From Promethearchaeia archaeon (GTDB taxonomy: Archaea; Asgardarchaeota; Lokiarchaeia; Sigyniarchaeales; SOKP01): a DNA stretch of 33,387 nt. Each line of letters begins with the position of its first letter. The first letter of the stretch is position 1. The notes under the pieces were generated by a model. That model saw only the letters and a program-made list of their open reading frames with translations, was not told where the DNA came from and did not search any database. Below are positions 28,668 to 33,387 of this stretch, in pieces. The position numbers and the translations under genes were made by a program. Location of the stretch: NCBI GenBank assembly GCA_029856155.1, contig JAHQWL010000057.1, forward strand, positions 1 through 33,387. The letters run 5' to 3'.

Positions 28668-28702
28668 ATGAAATGAACGTAAAAAAATGAGACGTTCAAG
28701 AA
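28668..28702 (+). promoter_or_regulatory. Candidate 3'-UTR SECIS element
   Basis: ATGA(A)A, stem TGAACGT (28674-80), A-rich loop AAAAAAATGAG, stem ACGTTCA (28692-98), then AGAA. UGAA/AGAA could form tandem G.A pairs. U-tract follows at 28730-28740. Confidence 0.5.
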
Positions 28703-29023
28703 CTACCCTGCGAAGGTTTTGGGATAATCTTTCTTTTTTTGATCAAGATATAAACATTGAAATCTTGTCCACATTTTGTCAATAATTTATTAATTGTCAA
28801 TTCTCTTTCTAGTTGGATTTTTTGGTTTATAAAATCCACAAGGTTCTCCATGACATTTGCCTGATAAACGTTCTATATGAAAACATTCTCTCTCTTACTT
28901 CAAACTCTGCGTTTTAATAAATAAATAACCTAAAATTTATTAATATAAATAACGTAAATATTTATTAATCAACTAAAAATGAGATTTAAATAATTATTTA
29001 AAAGATGTATTTAATATATCTGG

Positions 29024-30337
29024 GTGGATATTTTGGAAGAAAAGGAATATCACTTTAAAAATATTTATATTCTAATTTTCTCGCTGCTTTATTTAATACA
29101 AGGAATAACCCAAAGTATGTTTATGGTTATTATACCAATTTATTTACTTGAAATACTAGGTTCGATAGAAGCTTCTACTATTGCCTTCTTAGGATCAATA
29201 ATTATGATCCCCTTCATAATTAAAATAATTTTTGGTGCTTTAAGTGATAAGTATGGTATTAAAAAACTAGGAAGAAGAAAACCGTGGATTCTTGGAGCAT
29301 TGTTTTTTAGTGGATTAGTTGTGATGTTTTTACCTATTCTAGTTAGTGCAAATCCTAGCGCAGTTATTGCAATTATTATTTTAGTGGGTTTCTTTTCTAT
29401 GTTCGGATTGGCTATGTCAGATACTGTGATAGATGGGTTTATTCTCGACATTACTCCTAAAAATCAATTAGGTCGTATTCAAGGGGCAACATGGGGATTT
29501 AGATCTGTAGGAATAGTGCTTGGTGGTCCGGCAATTTTACTTTTTATGTATATAATGCCATTAGATTTAATATTTATTATGTTAGGAATCTTAACTATAG
29601 TTTTTGCGATATTTATTCTTTATATTAAAGATATTGAAGAACCAAGAAAAGTAAATTTCTTCAGTAATCTTAAATTAATAATCAGCAAAGGTGAAAACTG
29701 GAAACTATTCAGTTTTTCTTTTTTTACTGCGATTATTGATGGAGTCATTTTTTCAGTTATTTCTCTTTACATTTTGATCCGTGCAGGTATAATTGCGGCT
29801 GAAGGTGCTACTCTTGAAATGGTGGAAACAGAAATTAATTTATATGGACCAATAGCTTTTATATCAGCAATAGTAGGAGGAGGCATAATATTAGGTGCCC
29901 TTCTCGGAGGTTACGTTGCAGATTTAAAATCAAGAAGATTTACTTATTATTTGTCACTAGTTCTTATAACAGGTTCTTTACTTTTATTACTAATTCCTGT
30001 TTCTGTAGTAATATTATTAATTTTTGTAATCATAGTAGGATCTGCGAGTGGTTGGAGTCACTCGAGTTTTGGTTCTATTGCTAGTGGATATGCAAGAGAA
30101 TATCATGAGGTTCGGAGTTCTTATTTTGCTCTAAGTGCTTCATTTGTTAATTTTGGGACGATGTTAGGATTAACTCTCACTGGAATAATATTTGAATTAA
30201 TGTCAGAAATTACTTCAGATACATATCTTATTTATTCTGTTGTTTTTATATTTATGGCAATTCTTTCAAATGTAGGTATAATAGCGTTTTTGACACTCGA
30301 TCCAAAAATATATGAGCATAAAACTAAGAAACAATAG
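29024..30337 (+). CDS. MFS transporter (AmpG/PAT-like)
   Basis: LYLIQGI, GALSDKY..KKLGRRKPW, SDTVIDG, GGYVADLKSRR; about 12 TM helices. GTG start. Confidence 0.85.
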   Translation: MDILEEKEYHFKNIYILIFSLLYLIQGITQSMFMVIIPIYLLEILGSIEASTIAFLGSIIMIPFIIKIIFGALSDKYGIKKLGRRKPWILGALFFSGLVVMFLPILVSANPSAVIAIIILVGFFSMFGLAMSDTVIDGFILDITPKNQLGRIQGATWGFRSVGIVLGGPAILLFMYIMPLDLIFIMLGILTIVFAIFILYIKDIEEPRKVNFFSNLKLIISKGENWKLFSFSFFTAIIDGVIFSVISLYILIRAGIIAAEGATLEMVETEINLYGPIAFISAIVGGGIILGALLGGYVADLKSRRFTYYLSLVLITGSLLLLLIPVSVVILLIFVIIVGSASGWSHSSFGSIASGYAREYHEVRSSYFALSASFVNFGTMLGLTLTGIIFELMSEITSDTYLIYSVVFIFMAILSNVGIIAFLTLDPKIYEHKTKKQ

Positions 30338-30424
30338 TAAAATTTAATTATAATATAAAACATATATATTTTTTTTAATTATTTATATTATTGGAAACGC
30401 ACCTATTAAAAAAAGGGAATAAAT

Positions 30425-31846
30425 TTGTCAAAAAAATATGCTAATTGGATTAATGAAAATCAGCAAGAATTAATTGAAATTAGTGACAAAATTTGGGAAT
30501 TTGCAGAAGTTGGATTTGAAGAGTATAAATCATCAAATCTATTAGCAGAAACATTAGAGAAGGCTGATTTTTTCGTTGAAAAAAATGTCGCAGGCATACC
30601 AACAGCATTTTGTGCCAGTTATGGTAATAATAAACCTGTAATTGCTATATTAGGTGAATATGACGCATTACCAGGTTTAAGTCAAATTAGAGAACCAATA
30701 AAAAGACCTCTAAAAGAAGGAGCACCAGGTCATGGCTGTGGACACAATTTATTAGGTACAGGGTCACTAGGAGCTGTTCTTGCGGTCAAAGAAGCTATTC
30801 TTTCAGGAGATGCTAATGGTACAATAAGATATTACGGTTGCCCTGCTGAGGAAAAATTCAATAGTAAGGGCTATATGATTAATGCAGGGGCATTTAAAGA
30901 TGTCGATATTACTTTATCATGGCATCCTGCTTTTATGAATGCAATAAATGATGTTTCATTATTAGCGATTAATTCTGTAAAATTCAGATTTCTTGGTCGT
31001 ACAGCTCATGCTGCTTTTGATCCACAGAATGGACGAAGTGCATTAGATGCTGTAGAATTAATGAATGTAGGAGTGAATTATTTGAGAGAGCACATTATTC
31101 CTGATGCTAGGATCCATTATGTAATTACAAATGGTGGAGAGGCACCTAATGTTGTTCCAGATAAAGCGGAAGTATACTACTTTATTAGAGCTCCTGAACG
31201 TTCTTCAGTGGAGGAACTTTATAAACGTGTTATTAAAATAGCTGAAGGGGCAGCATTGATGACAGAAACTAAAATGGTAATAAATTTTTTAGGGGGAATG
31301 TATAATCCTTTACATAATGATGTAATTGGGAATGTCCTTCTTTCTAAAATGAGATTGGTGGGGGCACCTAGGTTTAATAAAGAAGATCGGGAATTTGCAG
31401 AAAAACTCAAAAAAACTTTGCCACCCGGTTCAATGGAAGCCTTTTCTCGCTTTATTCCTCCTAATTTACGTGATATGGCTAAGCAAATTCTTGATCAACC
31501 TTTAAATCGTATGATACTTCCTGGAATTGGAAAAGGAAAAATTGTGCCAGGTTCTTCAGATGTCTCTGATGTATCAAGAGTTACACCTTTAGGTGAAATT
31601 GCTACAACTTGTCAAATTATGGGGTCTCCAGGACATTCTTGGCAAAATGTTTGCACCTCTGGTATGAGTATAGGTCATAAAGGAATGATAACTGCAGCGA
31701 AAATATTAGCGTTATCCGCTATAGAATTTATGAACAATCCCGAAATAATTAATAAGGCAAAACGCGAATTTGAAGAAAAAATTAAAGATAATCCTTATAT
31801 CTCACCATTTCCAGAAGGATTCAAACCTCCATTTATCAATCAATAA
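30425..31846 (+). CDS. abgB: M20 amidohydrolase, p-aminobenzoyl-glutamate hydrolase subunit B-like
   Basis: GEYDALPGLSQ, GHGCGHNLLG, GCPAEE, WHP, GRSALDAVELMNVGVNYLREH, GSSDVSDVS, PGHSWQ. TTG start. Confidence 0.88.
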   Translation: MSKKYANWINENQQELIEISDKIWEFAEVGFEEYKSSNLLAETLEKADFFVEKNVAGIPTAFCASYGNNKPVIAILGEYDALPGLSQIREPIKRPLKEGAPGHGCGHNLLGTGSLGAVLAVKEAILSGDANGTIRYYGCPAEEKFNSKGYMINAGAFKDVDITLSWHPAFMNAINDVSLLAINSVKFRFLGRTAHAAFDPQNGRSALDAVELMNVGVNYLREHIIPDARIHYVITNGGEAPNVVPDKAEVYYFIRAPERSSVEELYKRVIKIAEGAALMTETKMVINFLGGMYNPLHNDVIGNVLLSKMRLVGAPRFNKEDREFAEKLKKTLPPGSMEAFSRFIPPNLRDMAKQILDQPLNRMILPGIGKGKIVPGSSDVSDVSRVTPLGEIATTCQIMGSPGHSWQNVCTSGMSIGHKGMITAAKILALSAIEFMNNPEIINKAKREFEEKIKDNPYISPFPEGFKPPFINQ

Positions 31847-32296
31847 ACCAAAAAAGACGACAAGATTACTTGCATCAATAGAATTACTAGAAGTAATTTT
31901 ATATCCGAATATTTTTTAGAAGATAAAGGGCAGAAGTCTATAAAACTAATTAGGGTGGTCAGTGGAATATCTAAAAGCCCATATCAGAAAAGAAGAAAGG
32001 ATTAAAGAAGTATTTAAGAAACTAAATAAGAATGAAAAATCCTAAACCAATTATCGTTATTAATATAACAAGTTTATCCTTAGGAGATTCTTTAAATTTG
32101 TCTAAGAACAACTTTATTTTTCACCGTGTTTAAAAAATACCATATAAATTTATTCTGTTAAACTATTATTTAAAACTAACAGCATCTATTCATATAAATA
32201 GTAAAAGTAAAGATTTAGGTTTCAAACAATTTAGAAAAAAAAAATAAAAAAATTGCTGGAAATATTAAAATCGCTTAATTCTAAATCGTCATTAAT

Positions 32297-33100
32297 CTAC
32301 TTATTAAAGTTAGTAAATTCATTTCCTCTCTCCCATTTACTTCTCCTTTCCTTTTTTTTCTCTTCGGCTATGGAACTTAGAAAAACATTAGTTTCTTTTG
32401 CTTTAGTGATAAAATAATCTATTTTTTCAAGTTCTTGAAATGAAATTTTACTTGTTTTTGATTTCATCATATCTAAAAAAGCTAATATTTCAAGTAGCGT
32501 ATTTTTTTGGTTTAAGGAGATAATATTTTTAGATGATAATTCAGAGATACGTTCTTTGACTGTAAGTTCTCCTATTTCAAGATCAAAGTCAAGACGAAAC
32601 ATTAAAATCAATAAATTAATTCTTGACCATTCTTTTTCTAATGTTTTTAATTTTTCAATAAATCTCTCAATTTCAAGTCTTTTGATTAAATTACTTAAAT
32701 CCACATCATATAATTTTGAAATTAATGATATTGATTCTTTTCCATAGGATTTTACAATTTCTTTATTTATAGATATTCCAATACCCTCATGATATAGATT
32801 ATTTCGTAAATTATGGTTATGTTCAATACTACTTAATTCTATTTCACTGATTTTATCTGGTATTACTTTTAAAATTAAGTTTAATAGTTTTGAGAAATCT
32901 TGTTTTAGATTGTTAAAATCTTTGCGTTTTATATTTAAAACTCTTAAATTTCTAGATATATATGTTTTTATTGCTAATTCTAAAGCGTTATCAATGCATA
33001 TCATTGCTTCTCTTCTGTCATATTCTGTATCATTTAGAAAATGTTTTATACCATGTTCTAAAAGTTCCATACAACCGCTCAACCATGGATTTACTACCAT
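32297..33100 (-). CDS. HEPN-like domain protein (putative RNase)
   Basis: AMICIDNALELAIK helix and Rx4H motif RNNLYH (32789-32806); second helical domain C-terminal. Confidence 0.6.
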   Translation of the reverse strand: MVVNPWLSGCMELLEHGIKHFLNDTEYDRREAMICIDNALELAIKTYISRNLRVLNIKRKDFNNLKQDFSKLLNLILKVIPDKISEIELSSIEHNHNLRNNLYHEGIGISINKEIVKSYGKESISLISKLYDVDLSNLIKRLEIERFIEKLKTLEKEWSRINLLILMFRLDFDLEIGELTVKERISELSSKNIISLNQKNTLLEILAFLDMMKSKTSKISFQELEKIDYFITKAKETNVFLSSIAEEKKKERRSKWERGNEFTNFNK

Positions 33101-33387
33101 AAACTTATCTCATTTTAGTGTATATAATAGTTTATTAAGATAAAATTTAATGATGAGAGAAATATTGTTCTTATTAGACTGGATATCATGCTATGAGATC
33201 ATACCTTCTAACTTTAAAATATATTTCTTTATTAATATCAATATCTCTAATATCGGTTATATCCTTTAATATATTAAAATAACTTTTTTATTATATATTC
33301 AATTGTAATCCATAAAAGAAAGTAAGACTATTTAAAATTAAAAAGATGTGTATAACATGGGAAAATGGGAATTTTAAACCTTTATTT

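Noticed and set aside
28850-28882. Alternative SECIS-like spacing ATGAC-N11-AAA-...TGAA
   Set aside because: The intervening strands do not base-pair, and it lies beyond the U-tract at 28730-40.
28790-28890. Minus-strand Cys-containing peptide ECFHIERLSGKCHGEPCGFYKPK
   Set aside because: No start codon after the upstream in-frame stop; too short to assign; possibly a remnant.
31860-32045. Short protein-like reading segments (e.g. LGWSVEYLKAHIRKEERIKEVFKKL)
   Set aside because: Interrupted by stops with no recognisable family; a possible decayed gene fragment, but unsupported.
47-33143. Short antisense or overlapping ORFs in the track (47..253, 169..360, 542..781, 1244..1495, 2074..2268, 6358..6606, 6973..7158, 11690..12040, 12346..12717, 15737..16021, 16591..16788, 16967..17206, 17260..17445, 19710..19961, 19951..20136, 20797..21009, 21527..21739, 23119..23301, 23606..23788, 27790..27987, 29140..29451, 31219..31410, 32556..32747, 32910..33143)
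   Set aside because: They shadow well-supported genes and show no motifs; expected by chance.
1-33387. CRISPR arrays, IS elements, tRNA/rRNA genes
   Set aside because: No regular direct repeats, transposase ORFs or GC-rich structured RNA segments were seen by eye; small RNAs could have been missed.

Overview
AT-rich, gene-dense archaeal window, most consistent with an Asgard archaeon (Lokiarchaeia-like). The assignment rests on an archaeal informational cluster (Pus10, rpl21e, rpo4/F, DUF655, rsmA/ksgA, HemK-like), rpl35ae, NurA and 3-dehydroquinate synthase II. These sit alongside eukaryotic-signature proteins: a Snf7/ESCRT-III subunit, a protein ending in a Vps23/TSG101 steadiness-box-like segment, a Rab-like GTPase, a Roadblock/LC7 protein and a PH/GRAM-like protein. 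Three signals are missed by the ORF track. (1) A peroxiredoxin/AhpC-like gene at 28120..28665 has an in-frame TGA at the redox site (FRGNW-U-SHC), making it a probable selenoprotein, with a candidate AUGA..AAA..GA SECIS hairpin just after the stop codon. (2) rpl21e appears to start at a non-canonical ATA codon (22291). (3) A 7TM protein has a C-terminal RING-like Zn finger that is completed only in the -1 frame. A tandem HEPN-like gene lies near the right end. No rRNA, tRNA, CRISPR array or transposase was recognised. All family calls are from motif recognition; no database searches were run.
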